Shown here piece by piece: positions 35,081 to 45,319 of a DNA stretch of 64,000 bases (position 1 is its first letter; every line of letters begins with the position of its first letter). The position numbers and the translations under genes are program-made. Source of the stretch: Histomonas meleagridis 2922-C6/04-290x (lineage: Eukaryota > Protista > Parabasalia). The stretch spans positions 64,882-128,881 of the forward strand of contig JAANOX010000096.1 of the NCBI GenBank assembly GCA_020184695.1, read 5' to 3'. The notes under the pieces were generated by a model. The model saw only the letters and a program-made list of their open reading frames with translations. It was not told the DNA's origin and searched no databases.

Positions 35081-38000
35081 TTAATTCGACAATATATATG
35101 TCACTACCTTACCGAACTTCAGCAGTTGCACTTCACCTCTTTCTCTAATTTGGTATTTTCCACCGTATATCAGTTCATATACCGATCTCGTTATGTGCAA
35201 CATTCCGTTCACTCCCATCAAAGCCATTTCGGATGCCAGCGCGATCACGTTTCCATTCACTTCGAACAGCGGCTTATCCAAATTCAGCAGACAGCAGACG
35301 ACAGGTCCACCAGTTGCGATTCCTATCGAGAACTTAAAGTTATCACCGAATTCGTCTTTAATTTTCTTATTAACATCGACGCCGAAGTCGACCAATTCTT
35401 TACAATGCGCATCGCTTATGAATTCATCGTTAAATATTCCGGAGATTACATTAAAAGTATTACCGAATCCATCGATTAAGTTTATTGTTGATTTATTACG
35501 AGATAATTCATGAAGTATATTATATATTCGATTTAAGTTTTGTTGATTACAATTTTCATCGTTAATAAATAATGTTAACGTTGATATCGTTGGAACAAGA
35601 AATGAAACATTTTCATTATTCATTTTCCGTTCAATGAATTTCGTTGGTATTAATTTACTTAATAATTGTTCAAGTTTCATTTGCTCATCTTTAATTTTGT
35701 TGTTTAATTCGATCTTTTTACCAATGTCATAAATGATTGCTATGTTTTCGATTTCAGTAATGTTTTGGATTTGAATATTTAAATGATATTGATTTAGATA
35801 ATATAAATCGGAATTATTTTGTGTTAATTCATTTGGTATATATATATTATCTCCGATTATGTTTTTAGCTTTTTTATTCATTTTTATTATTTTGTTCTTT
35901 TTATTATATATTATGATTCCATCAATTAAATTATTTAATGCTTCGATATAAATTTTGGAATTTATCGAAAATTTATTATTTTCCGAATTAGAGAAATCGC
36001 CGGACATTATATTCATTATTTCATTTGATTGTATTAAAAGTTTCGGTGGTACATAAAGTAAACATTTTAACATTGATAATATTTGTGAGTTAATTTTATT
36101 TAAGAATATTATTACTAATATTAAAAAGATAACACCAAAAATTTCATATAATATAATTTGGATATAATACGAATTTAAATTATTGTCTTTAATTTCTGAT
36201 ATGATATTAGTAAATGAATTAAATACCCTTAAAAAGAAATCATTATATATCGATGTAGTTAATATAATCCATGCGCCACAAAAGTCTTCTGTATTAAAAT
36301 CGATTTTTTCTAAATTTAAAATCGAACTTTCATAAATTTGTATTATATAATTCATTGTCATTATAAATAATGAACTTGATGTATAACATTGGATTACATT
36401 ATCAAATGATATAAATGATTCATTTTCACATAAACTTTCTTCATATGTTTCAATTAAATTAAGTCCATAAGTATTAAATGGTTCGGAATAATTAGTACCA
36501 AAAAAGAAATCATAATAATAATTTTGTGTTTGTTTAAATAAATTTGGTAAATAATTTGTGTCATCAGTAAATGTATAAAAATGAAATATGTCTTCATATC
36601 CATTTTCAATTGATGCTTGTAATAACTCAATATTAAATGAATAAATTAATGATTTAAATGCTAATGAAAACAAATTTAATTGTGTATATGTAATTTGATA
36701 ACTTTTGAAGGTATTTGACATTAATAAAAATTGACTTATTAAGTTTAATATTGCAATACTTAATACAATGATTACAAATATTGTTAAAATGACAAATATT
36801 ATATTCGTTTTAGATGTACTTCCACTACGTAATAAAGCTATAGCTTTTTGTTCTTGTTTTTGTTTTAATGTATTATAATCATAAGTTTCTTCTATTTCGA
36901 CATTTTGTGTAATTTTCTTGTCGTCAAGGTTTTCAATCATTTTAGATATATCTGATTTAGATATATAATTAAAACAATTTAATACATATTTCTCATTCTT
37001 TAATACCCATTTAATAATAATAATAATGATAATAATTATAATAATAATAATCAAAACAATTAATGATATCATTATCATCTTAAATTCAAATGTCATTTTG
37101 TTTGATCGATTAGTAATATATTGGATGATATCATTTGTTATATTATCCATTAAACTTGATAAATGTATAAAATTATTATTAATCGAATGAAAGATTCCAT
37201 TTTCTATAACTTCATTCATATCATTTGATTCAACAATTTCGATAAAACGTTTCGAAGTCTCAATTAACATTTTTTGGATACTTGTTTTTATATCATTTCT
37301 TTCATTATTTAAAAAATATTTATACGAATCAATTGAATCATCGATATATAAATTTAAAGCTTCATTTATATCTTCAGAAGTATTTTGATATTCCAATAAA
37401 TAATATAAATTATCAGAATCAATTAATTCTAATGATATATTATTTAATTGTATATTAGTATCACAAGTATTTGATATATAATTATAATTATTACCAAATG
37501 TATTACATTGACTTTGAATTATATTTTGTTTCTCTAAATATGTTCGATATGATAAACTAAAACCAATTTGTAAATCAACTTGTTTCTTAGTTAAACTCTT
37601 TAAAAATTCGCCTGGATTTGATAATGATTTCTCTGATGATGGATATATAACAAAAATAGATATTAATGGAAATAATGATATAATTATAAACACAATTATT
37701 ATGAAATAATTTAAACAAACTATTGATGGTACTCTAAGATTTTCAATCGTTTGTTTAAATCGTGTAATAATTTTTCGATCATTTTCTTCTTCTAAATCTT
37801 CTTCTAAATTCTGTGAATGTGTTGATGATATAGAACATGTATCTGTTTGAATGGAATTCCCAGAATCAATTTTCCGTATGTTTCGATTCGGTGATACATG
37901 TGGTAAATAAGGGAATTGGATGAAAGCTGCAATTTGGATTTCATCATTTGATGTAAACATTCCATTACTTAATTGCTTAGATAAAAGTGTTAACTCTTCT

Positions 38001-39610
38001 GATAATTGATAATCACAATATATTTCAAGTGCAATTTTCGCACATAATTTTGCAGCATATTGTGAATTAGGATGATATATTCGGAAATATGAATACATTC
38101 GATCAATGTTAGCTAAAGGTTCTTGGAATTTACGTAATAAAGGACCTAAATCACTTGTAGATTCTTGTAATATACTTTTCCAAATTGCTTGAAGTCGGAT
38201 TTTAGCTGTTTGGATATAATGATTACATACTTCAATGCTTTTCTTTAATTCGGGTCGTAATGATGGATCTCTTTTCATTAATATCATTTGGATTTGTTTA
38301 ACTGTCGATTTATAAAATATCGTTTTAGTTCGATTATCTTTTAATGATTGATATATCCATTGAAGTTGTGGCGTTTCTTCAGGATAAATAGCAACAAAAC
38401 GTGAAAATAATGATAATACTTTAATATCATTTGGATGTATTTGAATATAATCTTTAAAGATTTGGAAATTTAAACAATATGGATGATTATCTTGAAATCC
38501 AATTAAAAAAATTCGTGACAAATCATAAAAACTTTTAATGTTTTCAATCTCTTCATTTTGTAATTGTATCTTTTCTAATTTTTCTAATATTTTACCTTTA
38601 GTGAAATTAGCTGTTATTAAATTCACAAAATAAAATAATAAAAAGAAAATTACATCAATGAAATATATATAAACTTCAATTTGCTTATTAATCGCAATAA
38701 ATATAATTGAGATAATAGTGTTGATTAATGATGTCGTCATTATACCATTAAATAATGCTGTTGCTTTCGTTGTAAGTAATATTCCATTTCGATGTGTAAC
38801 TAACAAGAAAAATAAATATGTTAATACATTAATACATAAAATTATGATTTTCGGGATTTTAGGTAAATATCCGGATAAATTGGATATTAATAAGTTTAAT
38901 GAGAATAATGTTATAAGCCAACTTTGAAAGCCAAAATGTAAAAGTGGTATTGATGTTTGATAAAATGAAATTCGATTACTATTCATTAAAAAATGATTAG
39001 TAATATTGGAAATTAAGAAAATAATACTAATAACTAATAAGATAATGTTGACAACAGTGCCATTGAATTGTGGATTATTAATAATAATGCCGAGAAAATA
39101 CCCAACAAATGATCCTAACATTGGATAAAATGTATATTCTACAATACTGGAATAAATGGACCAGAAAGTTACAAAACGTGGTGGCAATGTGCCTTTGTTT
39201 CGAAATCGAATGCTTGTAAAAAATTCCATTGGAAATGTTATCAAATTAAAAAAAAGTACAATACAAAAAAAAACTATGGATACAATATATGAACAAGATG
39301 CTGGACAGCCTACTGCGAAAACAGATAATATATTCATGATTTTAAATTCATAAGTATCTCTGGGCCATAATGAAGAGTTGGAAATATAGAATGAAGAAAA
39401 AAGAATTTGGAAATAACGGTAATATGTCATGAATTTTTGTATGCTAAGGAATTGAGGCATAACAGAATATAAGTAAGCATAAAGATTAATGAAATTATTG
39501 ATCCATTTCTTGGCTACGGACTCTTTCTTGAACATCTGCTTAATAGCTTTTAGTCTGTTGTTGGATGTAGAATTGGAGGCTGATGTGCTTTCTCCAATTT
39601 CTTCTTTCAT
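35081..39610 (-). CDS. Multi-pass transmembrane adenylate/guanylate cyclase-family protein with a degenerate catalytic domain
   Basis: Several TM clusters; C-terminal SIGIATGGPVVCCLL..KPLFEVNGNVIALASEM...LHITRSVY...ERGEVQLLKFGKVVTY is a class III cyclase fold. Confidence 0.85.
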   Translation of the reverse strand: MKEEIGESTSASNSTSNNRLKAIKQMFKKESVAKKWINNFINLYAYLYSVMPQFLSIQKFMTYYRYFQILFSSFYISNSSLWPRDTYEFKIMNILSVFAVGCPASCSYIVSIVFFCIVLFFNLITFPMEFFTSIRFRNKGTLPPRFVTFWSIYSSIVEYTFYPMLGSFVGYFLGIIINNPQFNGTVVNIILLVISIIFLISNITNHFLMNSNRISFYQTSIPLLHFGFQSWLITLFSLNLLISNLSGYLPKIPKIIILCINVLTYLFFLLVTHRNGILLTTKATALFNGIMTTSLINTIISIIFIAINKQIEVYIYFIDVIFFLLFYFVNLITANFTKGKILEKLEKIQLQNEEIENIKSFYDLSRIFLIGFQDNHPYCLNFQIFKDYIQIHPNDIKVLSLFSRFVAIYPEETPQLQWIYQSLKDNRTKTIFYKSTVKQIQMILMKRDPSLRPELKKSIEVCNHYIQTAKIRLQAIWKSILQESTSDLGPLLRKFQEPLANIDRMYSYFRIYHPNSQYAAKLCAKIALEIYCDYQLSEELTLLSKQLSNGMFTSNDEIQIAAFIQFPYLPHVSPNRNIRKIDSGNSIQTDTCSISSTHSQNLEEDLEEENDRKIITRFKQTIENLRVPSIVCLNYFIIIVFIIISLFPLISIFVIYPSSEKSLSNPGEFLKSLTKKQVDLQIGFSLSYRTYLEKQNIIQSQCNTFGNNYNYISNTCDTNIQLNNISLELIDSDNLYYLLEYQNTSEDINEALNLYIDDSIDSYKYFLNNERNDIKTSIQKMLIETSKRFIEIVESNDMNEVIENGIFHSINNNFIHLSSLMDNITNDIIQYITNRSNKMTFEFKMIMISLIVLIIIIIIIIIIIIIKWVLKNEKYVLNCFNYISKSDISKMIENLDDKKITQNVEIEETYDYNTLKQKQEQKAIALLRSGSTSKTNIIFVILTIFVIIVLSIAILNLISQFLLMSNTFKSYQITYTQLNLFSLAFKSLIYSFNIELLQASIENGYEDIFHFYTFTDDTNYLPNLFKQTQNYYYDFFFGTNYSEPFNTYGLNLIETYEESLCENESFISFDNVIQCYTSSSLFIMTMNYIIQIYESSILNLEKIDFNTEDFCGAWIILTTSIYNDFFLRVFNSFTNIISEIKDNNLNSYYIQIILYEIFGVIFLILVIIFLNKINSQILSMLKCLLYVPPKLLIQSNEIMNIMSGDFSNSENNKFSINSKIYIEALNNLIDGIIIYNKKNKIIKMNKKAKNIIGDNIYIPNELTQNNSDLYYLNQYHLNIQIQNITEIENIAIIYDIGKKIELNNKIKDEQMKLEQLLSKLIPTKFIERKMNNENVSFLVPTISTLTLFINDENCNQQNLNRIYNILHELSRNKSTINLIDGFGNTFNVISGIFNDEFISDAHCKELVDFGVDVNKKIKDEFGDNFKFSIGIATGGPVVCCLLNLDKPLFEVNGNVIALASEMALMGVNGMLHITRSVYELIYGGKYQIRERGEVQLLKFGKVVTYILSN

Positions 39611-40192
39611 TTAAAATCTGGGCACCCCACAAATATTCGTTATTTTGTTGACAAAAAAACAATGCTTGCCAACAATTGTACGAATTGAATTTTGGAGTTT
39701 TTGAAAGGTCAAACATTTTGGTTATTGATTCTTTATTTCAATTTTCAAAACGCAGTTAATTAACTGTTAGCAACAATTTACAACCATATTTGAATGTAAC
39801 ATTTTTAAAAAGTGGATTTGTGTAAAATGTAAATTTATACGAAATTTGATTTTTTCGACGTGGTTAACCTGTTTTAGGAAATAAAAATCTATGTAGTTTA
39901 AATATTACATTTGATAGATGCTAAATTAAATTGTGTTGACTAAACTTTATTTATATAAGTATTATTTTCTGGATTTTATCGATGATTATAACTGAATTTT
40001 TGGTTCGTTTAACGTATTACTGTAAAAATCATCGACCGTTTATAATATCAATGCTTACTGTAAAAATAGATTTTCTCATCTGATATTTTATTATTATAAT
40101 TCTTGTATAACAAGATTTTACAGATATTAAGTTATTTCATTTTAAAATAATATTAGTGTATATTTTATTTAATTCTAAATATAAACAAAAAA

Positions 40193-42739
40193 TTAATTCA
40201 TATTTGGAGAAGCATGGATAGTCTGTGCAATGAATGCTTTTACATCTTCATTAATCTGTTGAAATCTTGGATCTGACATCATTATTTCCAAAATTCTTTC
40301 CTTTGTAATTAATTGATCGAAAGGCATTATATAATCCCTTTCTATTTGATCCTCATCTTCTTCGTTATGGAAAATCATACAAAACAATTGTACAGCTGCA
40401 TTATATGCATCATTGTTTGGGTATTTTGCAAGGGTTAGTAAACCATTGACAGCCCAAAACGAAAACTTTGGTACATTTGAAGCCGAAATTTTTTCGATTC
40501 CTTTGCACCAATTCATAAAAACAGTATCATTCATCATTTTTATTGTTTGTTCTTCATTAACAATCAATGAAGAAGTTAATAATGCAACAGATGCAATTAA
40601 AACTCCTGCTTTTATTTTATTTTGTGATAATATTATTATTGATCTTGAAGCTAAACTTGAAAAATTAGCTCCACCACATTGTACAAGACAAGTTAAAATT
40701 AAAATAGTCGAAGTAATAACAGAAGGCACATCACAATTATTTAGAACCATATCACATATTTCAATTATTTCATTTTGTGTATTACTCTCAAAGAAGTTAT
40801 TTCTTCTTATTAAAGAAGTAAAAATTTCTCCGATTGAACCCATATCAAAGAAATGTTTTACTTTGATCAAATATGATTTGATAAAAGGAATCAGAGAAAA
40901 AATAATTAAAGGTGGATTATCTAATTGTTCAGATATTGAAGTACAAATATCAATTAATTGTTCGAATGAATTAGATTTATAATATTTCATAATCGAATTC
41001 ATGCAAAACGTTAAAATTGGTTCACAAATCGATAAAATTATTTCACTATTCTTAGGAAGTTCATCAATAATTCTTGAAACAGAAAGTAACAATGAATTTG
41101 ATTCACTACAATGTTTGTCATATAAAACGGATTTCTCCCAAAGATTAAAAACATTAGTAATTAATTCATTTGCAATTCCATAAAATTCATTTGATATCGA
41201 AATTAAGAGTTCAAGCATTTCACCTATTTTTTTGTTTTGTATTTTTGTTGCTAAATTTATTAAAGAAATATAAACTTGTACTAAAGGTTCAGTTATAGTC
41301 ATAGACTTTGGATCCATTGAACTTAAAAATAAATCAACTGCTGCAATTTGTACAACAGGAATATCACAATTCTTAATGAAAAACAACGCAATTTGTACAC
41401 ATTCGAAATGTGAATATGTATTCATTACTGATAATAATGATAATAATGATGCAACTATAAAAGGTGGAGGTTGCATATTTAGAAAGTTTTGAACTTCTTG
41501 AAAGAAATCAATTGGAATTTTATGATGTGAATATGAACATGTAAGTAAAAAAATTTTGGCCTCGAAATCAATCACATTTGAAATAGTTAAATGTGAAATT
41601 AGAAATTGAACAAGTGATGGAACAAATTCATATGGAGTTTTTTTAATGATTTTCGATATGATAAATCGTGGAACATCTTTTGGTGTATCTATATCTAATA
41701 GTAAACAAAACGCTATATATTGTTCAGGTATTTCAGAAAATGCTTGAAGATCTTCGGGTTTTAAATAAGTCTTTGGTATTATGATAGATGAAAAAAAGTT
41801 ATCCGAAAAAATTGTATTGATTTGGATTTTCCTTTCAATACAATTGGAAATGATTTCAAGACATGAATTACATAATGAAAAATTATCAAATTGAAGTAGA
41901 CAATTCGTAGTTGTTTGTAATAAAAATGGTGAAAATTGTTCAATAAATCCATATGAAAAAGGTTTTTTGTTTGGTGATATAGCACTTAAATTAGAATATT
42001 TTAATATCCAAAAGTGAATATTATATAAAATAGATGATTTTTGTTGAAATACATTGTTATTATTAGATGGAAAAGAAAGTGACGTAACAATTAATTTCAT
42101 AAAATTTGATGAACATGGAATTGTATATGTAATATCAAGTGTTCTATCTAAAATTGTAAAAATATCGGCTGAGTCAGAAAATATTGAATAAAAATTTTCT
42201 ATTTGAAGTGAATCTTGAGTAATTAATATTTGTAAAATTGTATTTAAAATTGGAATAACAGATATAGCAAAATCAGTTAAATATTGCTTACTCGTATGGA
42301 TATAATATACCCATAAATCAATTATTTTAGTTGCTGTTAAAATATCGACAGGATTATTATGTTCTTTTAAAATTTCACAACAATACGAAATTTTGTCAGA
42401 AAAATTACATACACCTGACATAAAAAAGAATTTTATACATTCTATTAAATGATATCGAATTTCAAGTGGTAATTTAAATACTAGATTAAATAATTGAAAT
42501 TCTAAATATTGTATTTGTTCTTGAGAAAGCAGCACCTTTTTTAACATTTTCAATTTAACAAACTTATAAATAATTATTGATAATAATTTTGCTAATTCAA
42601 TATTTTCTGTCGTTGCAAGTGTTTCCCCTAAAAAAACGATATAAGATGGATTTTCAAACTCATTTATTATCTTAGTTGTAGCCTCTTGCCGTAGATTTTC
42701 ATTTGGTGATAAAATTTGGGAAATAAGCTGAAGGTCCAT
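40193..42739 (-). CDS. Importin-beta family (importin-7/8-like) HEAT-repeat protein
   Basis: N-terminal LSPNENLRQEATTKI...LAKLLSIIIYKFVK; 848-aa helical repeat composition. Confidence 0.6.
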   Translation of the reverse strand: MDLQLISQILSPNENLRQEATTKIINEFENPSYIVFLGETLATTENIELAKLLSIIIYKFVKLKMLKKVLLSQEQIQYLEFQLFNLVFKLPLEIRYHLIECIKFFFMSGVCNFSDKISYCCEILKEHNNPVDILTATKIIDLWVYYIHTSKQYLTDFAISVIPILNTILQILITQDSLQIENFYSIFSDSADIFTILDRTLDITYTIPCSSNFMKLIVTSLSFPSNNNNVFQQKSSILYNIHFWILKYSNLSAISPNKKPFSYGFIEQFSPFLLQTTTNCLLQFDNFSLCNSCLEIISNCIERKIQINTIFSDNFFSSIIIPKTYLKPEDLQAFSEIPEQYIAFCLLLDIDTPKDVPRFIISKIIKKTPYEFVPSLVQFLISHLTISNVIDFEAKIFLLTCSYSHHKIPIDFFQEVQNFLNMQPPPFIVASLLSLLSVMNTYSHFECVQIALFFIKNCDIPVVQIAAVDLFLSSMDPKSMTITEPLVQVYISLINLATKIQNKKIGEMLELLISISNEFYGIANELITNVFNLWEKSVLYDKHCSESNSLLLSVSRIIDELPKNSEIILSICEPILTFCMNSIMKYYKSNSFEQLIDICTSISEQLDNPPLIIFSLIPFIKSYLIKVKHFFDMGSIGEIFTSLIRRNNFFESNTQNEIIEICDMVLNNCDVPSVITSTILILTCLVQCGGANFSSLASRSIIILSQNKIKAGVLIASVALLTSSLIVNEEQTIKMMNDTVFMNWCKGIEKISASNVPKFSFWAVNGLLTLAKYPNNDAYNAAVQLFCMIFHNEEDEDQIERDYIMPFDQLITKERILEIMMSDPRFQQINEDVKAFIAQTIHASPNMN

Positions 42740-42860
42740 TTTTTAAACGGCCTCAAAAGCGAATAAAGTCCCTCAAAATCACCGACCAACTTCAACTTTA
42801 ACGTTCTTTAGAAAGTTGGTTGGAAATCAAACAAAGTTCTCAAATAAGCATAAGAACAAA

Positions 42861-43967
42861 ATGGAACAGTTAGTGAACGTAAATCCACAACTATTTACAG
42901 CGCCAGCCGAAGAAATCAAATCTTACATCAATACAAAGCGTTGGTATGAATTAGGTTTAGAACTTTTGAAACTTTTTTCAAATGAAGCAACACTCGGATA
43001 TAGAATGGGAGTTTTCGAAGAAATAGTCAAAGATTGCTCGCTCTTTTTAGATCCATTCCATTATGCTAATTTAGCCTTACTTGTTTCAGACGAAATTCAA
43101 GATTTTTCACATGGAATTGATTTCCTTAATCAAGTTTTAGACAACAAAAGACTTGATCAATACCCTGAGCCAAGGGATTTAATTATTCTTCGAATAATTG
43201 AGCTTCATACCAAAAATTCTAATTTTGAAAGTGCACTTCAATTACTTAACGAAGTTGAAAAACGAATCGGTGAATCTACAGCATTAGTTGTTCGCTCATC
43301 ATTCCACAAAACACAAGCTAATTTAGACAAAGCCCGTGGAGATTTTGATGCTTTTTATGAACATGCATTTTTATATTTATCCACATCCAAATCCACTAAT
43401 GATCCCATACTTGCCTATGACATGTGTGTAGCAGCTTTATTTTCATCCAACATTTGTTCATTTGGCGAACTTGCATCACATCCTATCTTAAACTCCTTAA
43501 AGGGTGGTGAAAACCAATGGCTCTATGACCTTATCATGCTTCTCGATAGAGGAGATTCATCTATTATACCAGAGTTTGAGGAAAAGTTTGCTCCCATAAT
43601 TAGCCAGACGGAACCGTTTAGTGGCTATTTGACAACTATACAACAAAAACTGGCATTAGCGGTTTTCCTTCAAATTATATTCAAGCAACCGTTTGACTCA
43701 CGTGTTTTCACTTTCGATGAGATCACTGAAGGATGTCATTTGAGGAAGGATCAGGTAGAGCTACTTGTGATGAAGGCCCTTTCCTCTGAGATAATAAAAG
43801 GCGTTATAGATGAGGTCGAAGAAAAGATTACAGTTACATGGTGCAAACCAAAGGCACTTAGTAAAGAAAGATTGGAACACTTGAAGAAGGAAATCGACAA
43901 ATGGATTAACATTGTTCATAAGCAAAGGTTAGCCCTAGAATCGAGGGCTCAACCTGTAATTGGGTAA
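42861..43967 (+). CDS. RPN9: 26S proteasome lid subunit Rpn9/PSMD13
   Basis: KRWYELG, FGELASHPILNSL, VELLVMKALSSEIIKGVIDEVEEKITVTWCKPKAL (PCI domain). First ATG at 42861. Confidence 0.9.
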   Translation: MEQLVNVNPQLFTAPAEEIKSYINTKRWYELGLELLKLFSNEATLGYRMGVFEEIVKDCSLFLDPFHYANLALLVSDEIQDFSHGIDFLNQVLDNKRLDQYPEPRDLIILRIIELHTKNSNFESALQLLNEVEKRIGESTALVVRSSFHKTQANLDKARGDFDAFYEHAFLYLSTSKSTNDPILAYDMCVAALFSSNICSFGELASHPILNSLKGGENQWLYDLIMLLDRGDSSIIPEFEEKFAPIISQTEPFSGYLTTIQQKLALAVFLQIIFKQPFDSRVFTFDEITEGCHLRKDQVELLVMKALSSEIIKGVIDEVEEKITVTWCKPKALSKERLEHLKKEIDKWINIVHKQRLALESRAQPVIG

Positions 43968-44125
43968 ACGTCATTTCATCTTATTTTTGTTATTTGCTAA
44001 GAAATACATCAGAATCTATGTGCAGAGCGGAATGAACTGTGGAATCAAGTAAAATTATTTTTTCTTTATTTGACAAATTGCATGAAGATATTTATGTCAA
44101 TTTTTTAACAGCACTGTCAATTCTT

Positions 44126-44767
44126 ATGGATGAAGTAATTATTAGAACAGAAAAAAAAGAAGATTATGAAAAAACTGAAAATGTTACAAGAGAAGCATTT
44201 TGGAACGTATATTGCCCAGGATGTACCGAACATTATATGATTCATATAATGAGGGAAAATCCAATGTTTATTCCAGATTTAGATTTTGTTGCTGTTATTA
44301 ATGACGAAATTGTTGGGAATGTAATGTGTACACAAGGGCATATTATAACTGATCATGGACAAATAAATGTTGTCTCTTTGGGTCCAATTTCAGTTATTCC
44401 TTCCTGCCAAAGAAAAGGTATTGGTGGACTTTTAATTAAAAGCGTTCAGAAAGCAGCTACCGCTATGGGGTTTCCAGCCATTCTTTTATGTGGTGATCCA
44501 AATTATTATTCACGCCATGGATTTTTGCAAGCAGCAAAATTTGGTATTCGCACGGAGAATGGAAAGTATGCAGCGGCTCTTCATGTGTTGCAGCTGAAAG
44601 AAGGATTTTTAAATGAAGCTTCTGGAAGATATATTGAGCCTCAGGTATACCAAATCGACGAAAAGGATGCTGAAGCTTTTGATAAAAACTTCCCAAGAAA
44701 AGAAAAGCTAGAAGGAACAGCATCGCAAGGGAGATTTAATGAAATCCAATCAATGACATGGGATTAG
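44126..44767 (+). CDS. GNAT-family N-acetyltransferase, bacterial type
   Basis: IIRTEKKEDY..ENVTREAFWNVYCPGCTEHY, LGPISVIPSCQRKGIGGLLI, LCGDPNYYSRHGF; ATG at 44126. Confidence 0.9.
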   Translation: MDEVIIRTEKKEDYEKTENVTREAFWNVYCPGCTEHYMIHIMRENPMFIPDLDFVAVINDEIVGNVMCTQGHIITDHGQINVVSLGPISVIPSCQRKGIGGLLIKSVQKAATAMGFPAILLCGDPNYYSRHGFLQAAKFGIRTENGKYAAALHVLQLKEGFLNEASGRYIEPQVYQIDEKDAEAFDKNFPRKEKLEGTASQGRFNEIQSMTWD

Positions 44768-45319
44768 GAACCACAAATTATTTAAAGTAAAATATATCTA
44801 AAAGAAACTTTTAAATGAATAATAAAAATATTTATTGAGAAAATATATTATCTAAATTATGTGATGTTAAATTATTTTCATGAAAATTATTTTAAGATTA
44901 GAATTTTTTGAGTGAATTTTTTTACCAATTGTTCAGAAAACAAATGATTATAGGAACACTCATTCAAAAATGTTTGTTATTAGATTTATATAACAAAAAT
45001 ATAAACTTTTTTACTACTTTTTAAGCTATTAAGAATTTATCTTTTGTTACATCTTCTATCAATTTAATAATTTCAAAATTATTATGATTCATTATAATAA
45101 AAATTGTTTTATATATATATATATATATCATCGCCAGTATCAATAAACATCAATAGCTTAAATATTAGCTTAATTTCTAGCAATTAACCACATTTTAATG
45201 AACCAAAAATATGTAAAACAAGAAGAATTTTTGAAAAAAAATGAACATCTTGTCTACTCTATGTAGAGTGAATATTTTTAAAATAATATACTTTATATGA
45301 AAAACAAGTCAAACATTTA

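Noticed and set aside
45110-45128. (AT)n microsatellites (also near 53952-53972) and a 24-bp doublet at 50866-50925
   Set aside because: Expected in very AT-rich intergenic DNA; no further structure.
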